Assembly: GCA_964016885.1 (NCBI GenBank)
Contig: CAXHJY010000988.1
Location: 1-64,000, forward strand
Source of the DNA: Eledone cirrhosa
Lineage: Eukaryota
DNA: 64,000 nt
Direction of reading: 5' to 3'
Position numbers and translations under genes: made by a program. This document shows, piece after piece, positions 27,737 to 41,156 of the stretch. How positions within the stretch are numbered: the first letter of the stretch is position 1; each line of letters starts with the position of its first letter. The notes below the pieces were generated by a model. It was not told the DNA's origin, did no database searches, and was given only the letters and a program-made list of their open reading frames with translations.

Positions 27737-30700
27737 CTTGGTCTGATTTGACAAGGTCCACTCAACTTCGTCTGATTTGATGAGGTCCACTCGACTTGGT
27801 CTGATTTGATGAGGTCCACTTGACTTGGTCTGATTTGATGAGGTCCACTTGACTTGGTCTGATTTGATGAGGTCCACTTGACTTGGTCTGATTTGATGAG
27901 GTCCACTCGACTTGGTCTGATTTGATGAGGTCCACTCGACTTGGTCTGATTTGATGAGGTCCACTTGACTTGGTCTGATTTGATGAGGTCCACTTGACTT
28001 GGTCTGATTTGATGAGGTCCACTTGACTTGGTCTGATTTGATGAGGTCCACTTGACTTGGTCTGATTTGACAAGGTCCACTCAACTTGGTCTGATTTGAC
28101 AAGGTCCACTCGACTTGGTCTGATTTGATGAGGTCCACTCGACTTGGTCTGATTTGATGAGGTCCACTCGACTTGGTCTGATTTGATGAGGTCCACTCGA
28201 CTTGGTCTGATTTGATGAGGTCCACTAGACTTGGTCTGATTTGACAAGGTCCACTCGACTTGGTCTGATTTGACAAGGTCCACTCGACTTGGTCTGATTT
28301 GATGAGGTCCACTCGACTTGGTCTGATTTGATGAGGTCCACTCGACTTGGTCTGATTTGATGAGGTCCACTTGACTTGGTCTGATTTGACAAGGTCCACT
28401 CAACTTCGTCTGATTTGATGAGGTCCACTCGACTTGGTCTGATTTGATGAGGTCCACTCGACTTGGTCTGATTTGATGAGGTCCACTCGACTTGGTCTGA
28501 TTTGATGAGGTCCACTTGACTTGGTCTGATTTGACAAGGTCCACTCGACTTGGTCTGATTTGACAAGGTCCACTCGACTTGGTCTGATTTGATGAGGTCC
28601 ACTCGACTTGGTCTGATTTGATGAGGTCCACTCGACTTGGTCTGATTTGATGAGGTCCACTTGACTTGGTCTGATTTGACAAGGTCCACTCAACTTGGTC
28701 TGATTTGACAAGGTCCACTCGACTTGGTCTGATTTGATGAGGTCCACTCGACTTGGTCTGATTTGATGAGGTCCACTCGACTTGGTCTGATTTGATGAGG
28801 TCCACTTGACTTGGTCTGATTTGATGAGGTCCACTTGACTTGGTCTGATTTGACAAGGTCCACTCGACTTGGTCTGATTTGATGAGGTCCACTCGACTTG
28901 GTCTGATTTGATGAGGTCCACTCGACTTGGTCTGATTTGATGAGGTCCACTCGACTTGGTCTGATTTGATGAGGTCCACTTGACTTGGTCTGATTTGACA
29001 AGGTCCACTCGACTTGGTCTGATTTGATGAGGTCCACTCGACTTGGTCTGATTTGATGAGGTCCACTCGACTTGGTCTGATTTGATGAGGTCCACTTGAC
29101 TTGGTCTGATTTGATGAGGTCCACTTGACTTGGTCTGATTTGACAAGGTCCACTCGACTTGGTCTGATTTGATGAGGTCCACTCGACTTGGTCTGATTTG
29201 ATGAGGTCCACTCGACTTGGTCTGATTTGATGAGGTCCACTCGACTTGGTCTGATTTGATGCGGTCCACTTGACTTGGTCTGATTTGACAAGGTCCACTC
29301 GACTTGGTCTGATTTGATGAGGTCCACTCGACTTGGTCTGATTTGATGAGGTCCACTCGACTTGGTCTGATTTGATGAGGTCCACTTGACTTGGTCTGAT
29401 TTGATGAGGTCCACTTGACTTGGTCTGATTTGACAAGGTCCACTCGACTTGGTCTGATTTGATGAGGTCCACTCGACTTGGTCTGATTTGATGAGGTCCA
29501 CTCGACTTGGTCTGATTTGATGAGGTCCACTCGACTTGGTCTGATTTGATGAGGTCCACTTGACTTGGTCTGATTTGACAAGGTCCACTCGACTTGGTCT
29601 GATTTGATGAGGTCCACTCGACTTGGTCTGATTTGATGAGGTCCACTCGACTTGGTCTGATTTGATGAGGTCCACTTGACTTGGTCTGATTTGACAAGGT
29701 CCACTCGACTTGGTCTGATTTGATGAGGTCCACTCGACTTGGTCTGATTTGATGAGGTCCACTCGACTTGGTCTGATTTGATGAGGTCCACTCGACTTGG
29801 TCTGATTTGACAAGGTCCACTTGACTTGGTCTGATTTGACAAGGTCCACTCGACTTGGTCTGATTTGATGAGGTCCACTCGACTTGGTCTGATTTGATGA
29901 GGTCCACTCGACTTGGTCTGATTTGATGAGGTCCACTCGACTTGGTCTGATTTGATGAAGTCCACTCGACTTGGTCTGATTTGATGAGGTCCACTTGACT
30001 TGATCTGATTTGACAAGGTCCACTCGACTTGGTCTGATTTGATGAGGTCCACTCGACTTGGTCTGATTTGATGAGGTCCACTCGACTTGGTCTGATTTGA
30101 TGAGGTCCACTCGACTTGGTCTGATTTGATGAGGTCCACTTGACTTGGTCTGATTTGACAAGGTCCACTCGACTTGGTCTGATTTGATGAGGTCCACTCG
30201 ACTTGGTCTGATTTGATGAGGTCCACTCGACTTGGTCTGATTTGATGAGGTCCACTTGACTTGGTCTGATTTGATGAGGTCCACTCGACTTGGTCTGATT
30301 TGATGAGGTCCACTCGACTTGGTCTGATTTGACGAGATCCACTCGACTTGGTCTGATTTGACAAGGTCCACTCGACTTGGTCTGATTTGATGAGGTCCAC
30401 TTGACTTGGTCTGATTTGACAAGGTCCACTCGACTTGGTCTGATTTGATGAGGTCCACTCGACTTGGTCTGATTTGATGAGGTCCACTCGACTTGGTCTG
30501 ATTTGATGAGGTCCACTCGACTTGGTCTGATTTGATGAGGTCCACTCGACTTGGTCTGATTTGATGAGGTCCACTCGACTTGGTCTGATTTGACGAGATC
30601 CACTCGACTTGGTCTGATTTGATGAGGTCCACTCGACTTGGTCTGATTTGATGAGGTCCACTCGACTTGGTCTGATTTGACAAGATCCACTCGACTTGGT

Positions 30701-30815
30701 CTGATTTGACAAGGTCCACTCGACTTGGTCTGATTTGACAAGGTCCACTCGACTTGGTCTGATTTGACAAGGTCCACTCGACTTGGTCTGATTTGACAAG
30801 GTCCACTCGACTTGG
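27737..30815. repeat. 29-bp minisatellite, 106 units (CTTGGTCTGATTTGA[TG/CA]AGGTCCACT[C/T]GA)
   Basis: Span from first to last CTTGG is 3074 bp = 106 x 29; no spacers. Confidence 0.98.
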
Positions 30816-30868
30816 AAAACGAATGAAATCTGGAATCTTGTTGATCATTAAGAAAAAAAAATTCTTTG

Positions 30869-31526
30869 TTCACTCTTTACCATTTATATTATTCTATATT
30901 TACTATTGTATTTATATTATATTATTCTATATTTACTATTGTATTTATATTATATTATTCTATATTTACTATTGTATTTATATTATATTATTCTATATTT
31001 ACTATTGTATTTATATTATATTATTCTATATTTACTATTGTATTTATATTATATTATTCTATATTTACTATTGTATTTATATTATATTATTCTATATTTA
31101 CTATTGTATTTATATTATATTATTCTATATTTACTATTGTATTTATATTATATTATTCTATATTTACTATTGTATTTATATTATATTATTCTATATTTAC
31201 TATTGTATTTATATTATATTATTCTATATTTACTATTGTATTTATATTATATTATTCTATATTTACTATTGTATTTATATTATATTATTCTATATTTACT
31301 ATTGTATTTATATTATATTATTCTATATTTACTATTGTATTTTTAGGGTAAAGTTTCTACCTCACATAATTATCTCACATAATATTGAATCTATGAGATT
31401 TTGATATTGTTTATTTTGAGAACAATACCTTAACGTTGGTATGCGTGGCTGGTTATGGCCAGTTTGAACAGAAAAAGGTGAGAAAATTCTGGCCGGATAT
31501 GGCCAGTTTAAATGCTTAAGGGTTAA
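30869..31526. mobile_element. piggyBac MITE P1 with an internal 33-bp tandem expansion (~30885-31340, ~13-14 units)
   Basis: Ends AATGCTTAAGGG|TTAA; repeat unit TTTATATTATATTATTCTATATTTACTATTGTA. Confidence 0.85.
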
Positions 31527-32473
31527 TCATATTTGGTTGCGTTTCTAGTTCGTTATCTGTGATATGCACCATTTGAAAGTGTCACTTCACTTGAAGAGAA
31601 TTGGTTAAATTTTGATTTTATTGAAGTCTGTAGAGGCATTAAAAACATTAGCCTCATTTTGTGGGCTTCTGCCTGCTACTGGTACCATGTAACCCACTAC
31701 AACCTGCTTCATGGTCAAGTGGTTGATGACTAAACCTGGCTCTCTCACTAGACCCTGGTCTGGTGAGGAAGGTAAGTGGAACCCCAGCAGCACAAAAAAC
31801 AAAGGTTGTTAAAAGGGTAGATGAACTCTTCAGAGTCAACAGCCATCAACCCCAACTATGGGTTAGATAGCTTCACCAACCCACAATTGGCGAAGTGTAG
31901 TGAATACAGCTACACCCCTGACATGACTAAAACCAAACAGAAAGTGGTGGAGGTCAACCAGGGAGGGTTCTTCCAGCAGAAGGCCCTGGATTAGATAGAT
32001 TGGAAGCCTATAAGCATCTAGCCTCCTCCTTTCAAAGAAAGACAACCACTACATTTTGCTGTTGTGATGTCTTTTAACCATTCTTAAGTTACATTTTTTT
32101 AAAATCTGAAAATCTTGGTTCCTCAATCTTGGTTAAATTCTTGGGTTTTCATTTTTGGTGTTGTTTCTTTTAATCCTTCAATATATACTTATTTCCTCGT
32201 TTTATTTTATTTTTTTTGTACAATTTATTTTTATGATCTTTGGTAATAAACTCGGTTCCTCCTCCTTATTTTTGTTTTCTTTTGTTCTCAGTTCTTCATC
32301 TTTGATTGTATTTTGGTTCTGCATCTTTTCTTATATCATTTGTCTTTGGGGACAAATTATTGTTTCTTAATTATTTCTTCTTATTTCTTAATGTTTTCTT
32401 ATTCACTACATTTCTCTTATTTTTCTTTTCTTTTGTTTCGTTTTGTTTTTTTCTCTGACACAAAAAGTAAATG

Positions 32474-32650
32474 TACGAGGGTTGGCTGAAAAGTTAATAG
32501 GCTGACTATGAAATATTGATGCTAGAGCTGTGAAATCTTGCATCCATTAATTTCAATTCTTCTTATTAATAACTGCAATGTTTCTTTTTGGGGATTTTCA
32601 TTTAGTCATTCCTTGACAGTATCTTGGTCAGCCTATGAACTTTTTAGCAT
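32474..32650. mobile_element. Mariner-type MITE (right end truncated)
   Basis: TA|CGAGGGTTGGCTGAAAAGTTAATAGGCTGAC...GTCAGCCTATGAACTTTTTAGC. Confidence 0.75.
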
Positions 32651-32668
32651 ATATATATATATATATAT

Positions 32669-33122
32669 ATTGTTATACTTTGGGAGGGTCATGTTGCCAA
32701 TAAGAAACACACGCACCAGTTGCTTTCACTTCAATTTATTATAATAAATTTATAAATTTAGGAATTTATAAATTTCCGGTTGGTTAGTTCCACAACCAGA
32801 TGATTGTTTAACAAGATGGCGTAGGACAGAACAAAGGAGAGGCACAAAAACAAAGAAAAGAATCCCCAGTCACTGAAGAGGTCACAGAATGTGTGACGAA
32901 AGAACTTTGACAATATATAAACAATCATCTGGTTGTGGAACCAACCAACCAACCGGAAATTTATAAATTCCTAAATTTATAAATCTATTATAATAAATTG
33001 AGTGAAAGCAACTGGTGCGTGTGTTTCTTATTGGCAACATGACCCTCCCAAAGTATAACAATATCGGTTTCAACACACGTTTTCAGATAAAGAATCTTGC
33101 TAAACAAATTCAGAAACGAAAT
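32669..33122 (+). mobile_element. Hammerhead-bearing fold-back element, family A, copy 2 (hammerhead 32869-32911)
   Basis: Inverted partial arm 32669-32808, then a full monomer starting AACAAGATGGCG; GTCA-CTGAAGA-GGTCACA(GAATG)TGTGAC-GAAA-GAAC-TT-TGAC. Confidence 0.85.
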
Positions 33123-33154
33123 ATATATATATATATGTATATATTTATTATTAT

Positions 33155-33191
<37 letters not shown>

Positions 33192-33234
33192 ATATGATAT
33201 ATATATATGATATATATATATATATATATATATA

Positions 33235-33400
33235 TCATCATCATCATCATCATCATCATCATTTTACGTCCACTTTTCCCTGCTTGCAAGGGTGGGACGG
33301 GAACTGATTCTGGCTTGATTTCTACAGCTGGATGCCCTTCCTAACACCAACTTCATTTACCCCAGTCCCTATCATCTCATTTCTACAGCTGAGTAAACTG
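33235..33400 (-). mobile_element. CORE-SINE 3' fragment
   Basis: Same tail as 7954-8296. Confidence 0.8.
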
Positions 33401-34133
33401 GATATATATATATATATATAGTAATAATAATAAATTTGAAGATCCCGTTAAGGGTGAAAGCAGCGATTCTTTGCTTAAACTTTAATCTGTTATTTTAATA
33501 AATATATATATATATATATATCATATATATATACAGAGAGATAATTTGAAGTTTGAAAGCCACAACAATGCGAAATGGATGGATAAAGAAATCAGATAAA
33601 ATATGTTTTTTACCTTAATTTATTTATATGTCCTGATATTTCAAGATCAAAATATCTTCTTCTGAGGGAAATAATGCGCTATATGCATGGTATAGCGCGT
33701 TCCGACGAACACTGGGTCAATAAAATAAAGCACCAGTAATCAACTTTCCTCTCTCCCCAAATTGCTGGGCTTGTGCCTATAGTAGAAATCATTAATAAAA
33801 CAACTGGAACACTCATCATCGTTGTATAGGTCTTTTCCACCTTAGCATTCCTCCACTCATTGCTTTGTGAGCTTCAGGGATTTGAGATCAGCTTGAATTG
33901 AATTGTGATTGCAGGTAATGTGCGCTATGAAAGATGAAGCTGGATCATAGTTAATAATCATTCAGTTAAAGTTGAGTTACAATGTTTTCATATAATTTAT
34001 TCAGTTATTTCATCATCATCATCATCATCAAAGCATACATATTATCATTCTTATAAGAGAGTTACAACAGGTTTCTGTCAGGATTTGAAACCTTGAATTC
34101 AGGATTTACTGACATCAGCCAATAGATTTCTGC

Positions 34134-35838
34134 AAATTAAACAGCAGGTGTTGGGGGGGGGGGGGCAGCAGGTGTTTTGGTGGGGGGGAGTAAACAACAG
34201 GTGTTATGGTGGGGGGAGAGGGAGTAAACAGCAGGTGTTTTGGTGGGGGGAGTAAAGCAGGTGTTTTGGTGGGGGGTGGGGGAGTAAACCGCAGGTGTTT
34301 TGGTGGGGGGAGTAAACAACAGGTGTTTTGGTGGGGGGTGGGGGGAGTAAACAGCAGGTGTTTTGGTGGGGGTGGGGGAGTAAACAGCAGGTGTTTTGAT
34401 GGGGGAGTAAACAGCAGGTGTTTTGATGGGGGGAGTAAACAGCAGGTGTTTTGGTGGGGTAGTAAACAGCAGTTGTTTTGTTGGGGAGAAACAGCAGGTG
34501 TTTTGTTGGGGGGAGAGTAAACAGCAGGTATTTTGGTGGGGGTGGGGGAGTAAACAGCAGGTATTTTGGTGGGGGGGAGTAAACAGCAGCTGTTTGGTCG
34601 GTGGGAGTAAACAGTGGGTATTTTGGTGGGGGGGGAGTAAACAGCAGCTGTTTGGTCGGTGGGAGTAAACAGCAGGTGTTTTGGTGGAGGGGAGTAAACA
34701 GTGGGTATTTTGGTGGGGGTGGGGGAGTAAACAGCAGGTCTTTTGCTGGGATGGGGGAGTAAACAGCAGGTGTTTAGGTGTGGGGGAGTAAACAGCAGGT
34801 GTTTAGGTGTGGGGGAGTAAACAGCAGGTGTTTTGGTGTGGGGGAGTAAACAGCAGGTGTTTTGGTGTGGGGGAGTAAACAGCAGGTGTTTTGGTGTGGG
34901 GAGTAAACAGCAGGTGTTTTGGTGGAGGGGAGTAAACAGTGGGTATTTTGGTGGGGGTGGGGGAGTAAACAGCAGGTGTTTTGGTGGGGGTGGGGGAGTA
35001 AACCGCAGGTGTTTTGGTGGGGGTGGGGGAGTAAACAGCAGGTGTTTTGGTGGGGGTGGGGGAGTAAACAGCAGGTGTTTTGGTGGGGGTGGGGGAGTAA
35101 ACAGCAGGTATTTTGGTGGGGGTGGGGGAGTAAACAGCAGGTGTTTTGGTGGGGGGGGAGTAAACAGCAGGTGTTTTGGTGGGAGGCAGTAAACAGCAGG
35201 TGTTCTGGTGGGGGGTGGGGGACTAAACTGCAGGTGTTTTGGTGGGGGGAGTAAACAGCGGATGTTTTTTTTGGGGGGGGGGAGGGTAAACAGCAGGTGT
35301 TTTGGTGGGGGGGGTAAACAAAAGGTGTTTTGGTTGGGGGGAGTAAACAGCGGGTGTTTTTCTGGGGGGAGTAAACAGCAGGTGTGTTGGTGGGGAATAG
35401 TAAACAGCAGGTGTTTTGGGGAGTAAACCGCAGGTGTTTTTGTGGGGGGGGGGTAGTAAACAGCAGATGTGGTTTTTTTGGGGGGGGGGTAAATCGCAGG
35501 TGTTTTGGTGGGGGGAGTAAACAGCAGTTGTTTTGGTGGGGGGAGTAAACATGACATGTTTGGGGGGGGGGGTGAGTAAACCGCAGGTGTTTGGGGTGGA
35601 ATAAACAGCAGGTGTTTTTTGTGGGGAGTAAACAGCAGGGTTTTTTTAGGGGGGGGGGGTAAACAGCATGTGTTTCTGTGGTGGGGAGTAAACAGGAGAT
35701 GTTGGGGGGGGGGGGGTAAGCAAGAGATGTTGGGGGGAGGGAGTAAGCAGGAGATGTTGGGGGGGGGAGTAAGCAGCAGCTGTGGGGGGGAGTAAGCAGG
35801 AGATGTTGGGGGGGAGGGAGTAAGCAGCAGATGTTTTT
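34134..35838. repeat. G-rich minisatellite, ~26-33-bp unit GGGAGTAAACAGCAGGTGTTTTGGTGG(G)n
   Basis: Direct reading; the proline-rich ORF on the minus strand is a by-product. Confidence 0.95.
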
Positions 35839-35934
35839 CTACTCCGAGATTCTGTCGTCCATAACCAACACCATTTCTATCTACAACATAAAGAGGTAAC
35901 AAGTGCCATAACACTATAGAATGTTTAGCAGTCA

Positions 35935-37566
35935 TAGACACACACACACACACACACAGACACACACACACACACACAGACACACATCATACATAGACAC
36001 ACACACACAGACACACACACAGACACACACATCATACATAGACACACACATCACACATAGACACACACACACACATAGATACACACACATAGACACACAC
36101 ATCACACACGGACACACACATCATACATAGACACACACACATCACACATAGACACACACACACACATAGATACAAACACACACATAGACACACACATCAC
36201 ACATAGACACACACATCATACATAGACACACACACACATAGACACACACATCGCACATAGACACACACACACATAGACACACACATCACACATAGACACA
36301 CACACATAGACACAAACATCACACATAGACACACACACACATAGACACACACATCACACATAGACACACACATAGACACACACATCACACATAGACACAC
36401 ACATAGACACACACATCATACATAGACACACACATCACACATAGACACACACACACACACACACATAGATACACACACATACATAGACACACACATCACA
36501 CATAGACACACACACACATAGACACACACACACACATAGACACACTCACACACATAGACACACACATCACACATAAACACACACACATACATAGACACAC
36601 ACCCACACATAAACACACACACACATAGACACACACACACATAGACATACACATCACACATAGACACACACATCACACATAGACACACACACACACAGAC
36701 ACACACATCACACACACATCACACACATCACACACACATAAACACACACATCACACACACATCATACACATCACACACACATCACACACATCACACATAC
36801 ATAGACACACACATAGACACACACACACATATACACACACATCACACACACACACATAGACACACACATCACACACACATCACACATACATCACACACAC
36901 ATCATACACACACATCACACATCACACACACATCACACACACATCACACACACACACACACACACATCACACACACATCATACACACCAGACACATCACA
37001 CACACATCACGCATATCACACACTCACACATCACACACACCACACACACACATCACACACACATCACACACACACATCACACACATCACACACACATCAC
37101 ACACACATCACACACACACATCACACATCACACACACATAGACACACACACACACATCACACACACACATCACACAGTACACACACACATCAACACACAT
37201 CACACATCACGCACACATAGACAGACACACACACATCACACACCACACACACATTACACATCACACACACATCACACATCACACACACATCACACATCAC
37301 ACACACATCACACACACATCACACATATCACACACACATCACACACACACACATCACACACACCACACACACACATCACACACATCACACACACACACAT
37401 CACACACATCACAGACACATCACACACACATCACACACATCACACACATCATACACATCACACACACACATCACACACACACATCACACACATACACATC
37501 ACACACACATCACACACATCATACACATGCACACATATACACACATCACACACACATCACACACAT
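35935..37566. repeat. (CA)n-derived microsatellite (ACACATAG / CACAT variants)
   Basis: Direct reading. Confidence 0.97.
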
Positions 37567-37649
37567 CCCTTTTGGTTCTGACCCCAATTCAAACTGTCAT
37601 TTAACTCATTAACCTTTGACCCTCCCCATGAGTACTTTGGTATACACCA

Positions 37650-37936
37650 CTGGGTCAGCTGAAAAGTTCATCGGCAGACCAAGATACTCTCATGGAATGA
37701 CCAAATGAGGTTTATTTTTCAAGATAGTCTCTAGAAAGAAACATTGCAGTTATTAACCTTCTGTCGCCGATAGAGTAATCTCCTCTTACTACTTAATGCA
37801 GTGTCAAGGGAAGAAATTCATAATAAAAGTCAGCATGCTAAAGGTTAATCAGAGTTGGAATTAATACATGCAAGATTTCACAGCTCTAACATCACTCTTC
37901 CATAGACAACCTATGAACATTTCAGCCAACCCTTAT
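37650..37936. mobile_element. Mariner-type MITE (family of 32474) with a nested small piggyBac-like insert (~37753-37848)
   Basis: GCTGAAAAGTTCAT...ATGAACATTTCAGCCAACCCTTATA; insert TTAACCTT...AAAGGTTAA. Confidence 0.65.
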
Positions 37937-38196
37937 ATCTTCATTAAATACCATCTATTTTGTGTCATTGTTAAATATAATCATATTTAATCTAAATTAT
38001 GTTATTGTTTTTGACATGTTTTCCTGCCTTCCACATATTCTACCCTCTACACCAGAGGTTCTCAAAATTTTTGGGACCCCCACCCTACCCAGCCATACCC
38101 TCAGCGTCCCCCCACTCTATTTCCAGAGAGTCCTACCTACACATAAATTGTAAATTGATGTGTATATAATAAATAAAATCGTTAATTTATATATAA

Positions 38197-40841
38197 CTAG
38201 CAGAATGGCCCGGCGTTGCTCGGGATTCTAAACATAGATTGGCATGTTTATCCCTCCTTTCTGAAACAGTTTCGTTGTATGTTCACCAATTGATGCAGAA
38301 GTCCTAATAAAAAGTGAAGTCGCCTTGGGTGAATAGGCAAATAATTTTCCATTAAGATTTTTCAAAAGCATGTAATTGCATTCCCTCTATTTTTTGTTGT
38401 TGTTTTTGCTGCTGTTGGTTTGATAGCAGTCGTTGGTCCTACTACTAACACAGTCTCATCCTTCTTCAGCCAATCGTGTATATCCCCTTCTGGCTCATCA
38501 GCAATGAGAACAATATTTGCTCTAGGGTTCTTATATATTTGATATATATTTATCCTTATCGAGCCTCGTAAAATAAATATGTTTGATTATATTTTGTTAT
38601 TGTGTATGCAAAAATATCTGTACACAAATATATAATTATATATATATATAATTATATGTATATATATATATATATAAGTATAATAAGTAAGGCAATCAAA
38701 GATATGAAGACGGGTAAGGCAGCTGGGCCTTCGGAAATAGTTGCTGAAATGCTGAAAGCATCTGGAACGGTGGGACACACTATGGTCACCCGGATAGTAA
38801 ACCAAGTCATACAGAATGGGGTCGTTCCGAAGGACTGGCGTAGCAGCATCATCATTAACTACTACAAGGGTAAAGGAGATGCCCTAGATAGGGGTAACTA
38901 TAAAGGCATTAAATTAATCGACCAGGTCATGAAGGTCACAGAAAAAGTAATAGCGCAACTAATCAGAGAGCGAATTGATCTAGATGAAATGCAGTTCGGG
39001 TTTGTGTCAGGTAAAAGTACCACAGACGCTCTTTTCATTGTACGACAACTACAGGAGAAGTACCTAGCTAAAAGTAAACCCCTATACTTAGCTTTTGTTG
39101 ACTTGGAGAAATCCTTTGACAGAGTCCCCCGCTCCATTATCTGGTAGGCTCTTAGAAAACTAGGTGTTGATGAATGGCTTGTGAGAGCTATACAAGCCAT
39201 GTCTAAAGAAACAGTCAGCAAGGTTAGAATTAACAACGAATATAGTGAAGAGTTTAGCGTAAAAGTTGGTGTTCATCAGGGCTCTGTCCTTAGCCCCCTA
39301 CTATTTATTATTGCTCTTCAGGCTATAACAGAGGAGTTCAAGACCGGCTGCCCATGGGAACTCCTATACGCAGATGATCTAATACTCATAGCTGAATCAA
39401 TGGCTGAACTAGAGAAGAAATTCCAAACATGGAAGCATGGCCTAGAATCAAAAGGCCTTAAAATTAACCTGTCTAAGACTAAAGTTTTAGTTTGTAGGAA
39501 GGAAAATAGGGCACCAGTCCCATCTGGGAAATGGCCATGCTCAGTGTGTAGGAAAGGAGTAGGCAGAAATTTTATGTCCCAAATGCAAAGTATGGGTGCA
39601 TAAAAGATGTAGTGGGATCACAGGTAAGCTAACTAAGAATATAGATTTTATATGTGGCCGGTGCTCGGGTGCAATAAGTAGTAGCAAGCGCCCACAGAAT
39701 ACTAGCTCATTCCATTGCACAGATGGTTCTATAGAAATAGTGGACACCTTTCGTTACCTGGGTGACAAAATCAGCAGTGGTGGAGGGTGCTCTGAAAGTA
39801 CAGTAGCTAGAGTAGGAACTGGATGGAAAAAGTTCAGAGAGCTTATACCATTATTGGCTGGTAAACGGTTCTCTCTAAAAATGAAAGGCAGGCTATATGA
39901 TGCCTGTATACGAACAGCAATGTTACATGGCAGTGAGACTTGGGCATTGTGTGCAGAGGATATATGCAGACTGGAGAGGAACGAAGCTTGCATGCTCCGC
40001 TGGATGTGTAATAGTAATATACGTGAACGGCAAAGCATAAACGAACTAAGGCAGAAATTAGGAATAAGAGGGATCAGATGTTGTTTACTCGAGAGAAGAC
40101 TACGTTGGTACGGTCACGTGATGCGCATGAAAGTTGACAACTGAATAAAAAAGTGCAGGGCGATAAAAATAGACGGTAGCCACGGAGTAGGCAGACCCAG
40201 AAAAACCTGGGACGACTTGATAAATTCCGACCTCACACACTTACACCTCTCCAAGACAATGTCACTGGACCGAGATCTTTGGCGCTACACAGTAATACAG
40301 AAGACCCGCCTTGCCTAAGTACAAAGCGAAACCTACAGTCAGTAGGCACCTCTAACAAAAACACACCTCCGTCCCACCACCCCCACCCATCCACACCACC
40401 CTTTCCAATGTAAAGTTATGTTGGTACCACAACATCCAGTGCGAAACAAATGAGGTCGTGTAGGTGTCACGACAAAAAAAACACAGTCCACGCTGTAATG
40501 TGGCCGTGTAGGTAACACGGTAAAAACCTCCCAGTCTACACTGTAAACGTGGTTGGTGTTAGGAAGGGCATCCAGCCGTAGAAAACCCGCCAGACAGTAC
40601 TATACGAGCAACACAACCACTCTTGCCTCAAGTGGGAAAACTCCCGTCCAAACCTATGCAAGCGTGGAAGATGGACGTTAAACGATGATGATGATGATGA
40701 TGATGATATATATATATTAAAATAACAGATTAAAGTTTAAACGAAGAATCGGTGCTTTCACCCTTAACGGGATCTTCTGAAACTAAAATAAAAAAAATCA
40801 ATCTGTGAACGCAGAAGTCAATATTTCGAAAAAACGTTGCA

Positions 40842-40879
<38 letters not shown>

Positions 40880-41156
40880 TATATATACATATATACACAC
40901 ACACACACACAGATAGTGTCATAATGTGGTAATGCAGACAGCCAGACATACAGATAGATATTATAAGGGCGTGACGTTATAGCTATCTAATGTGGTCCCT
41001 AGGGCATTGAAAATTTGCAATTTCTTTTGCTCAAAACACTCACACGACCATAAGTATTACATGTGTAGAGTTTGAAAACATTCGGTTGGGTGGTTCTCGA
41101 GTTTTAGGGAGTCAGACAGACAGACAGACAGACATTCTCTGTTTTAGATATATAGA
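38197..41156 (-). mobile_element. Non-autonomous Helitron A (contains an RTE insertion)
   Basis: Minus strand begins TCTATATATC...(TGTC)n and ends with the hairpin CCCGAGC-AAC-GCCGGG followed by CTAG|T. Confidence 0.7.
38677..40707 (+). mobile_element. RTE LINE subfamily 1, 5'-truncated, with stops and a frameshift
   Basis: Near-identical to 1933-3966; ORF pieces 38602-39147, 39181-39603 and 39596-40144; (GAT)n tail. Confidence 0.95.

Noticed and set aside
27737-30815. CRISPR-like array or tandem hammerheads (TGATGAGGTC resembles a core)
   Set aside because: No unique spacers or cas genes and a eukaryotic context; the units lack GAAA and the stems.
27721-30873. 700-1000-aa ORFs in all three minus-strand frames
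   Set aside because: Product of a 29-bp unit mostly lacking stops on that strand; the same peptide cycles through all frames, so there is no evidence for a real protein.
32100-32420. K/E-rich coding-like stretch on the minus strand
   Set aside because: Multiple stops and no recognisable motif; explained by A-rich composition.
34115-35983. 622-aa extensin-like proline-rich ORF
   Set aside because: Variable G-run lengths shift frame between units, and the ORF starts in a CA repeat.
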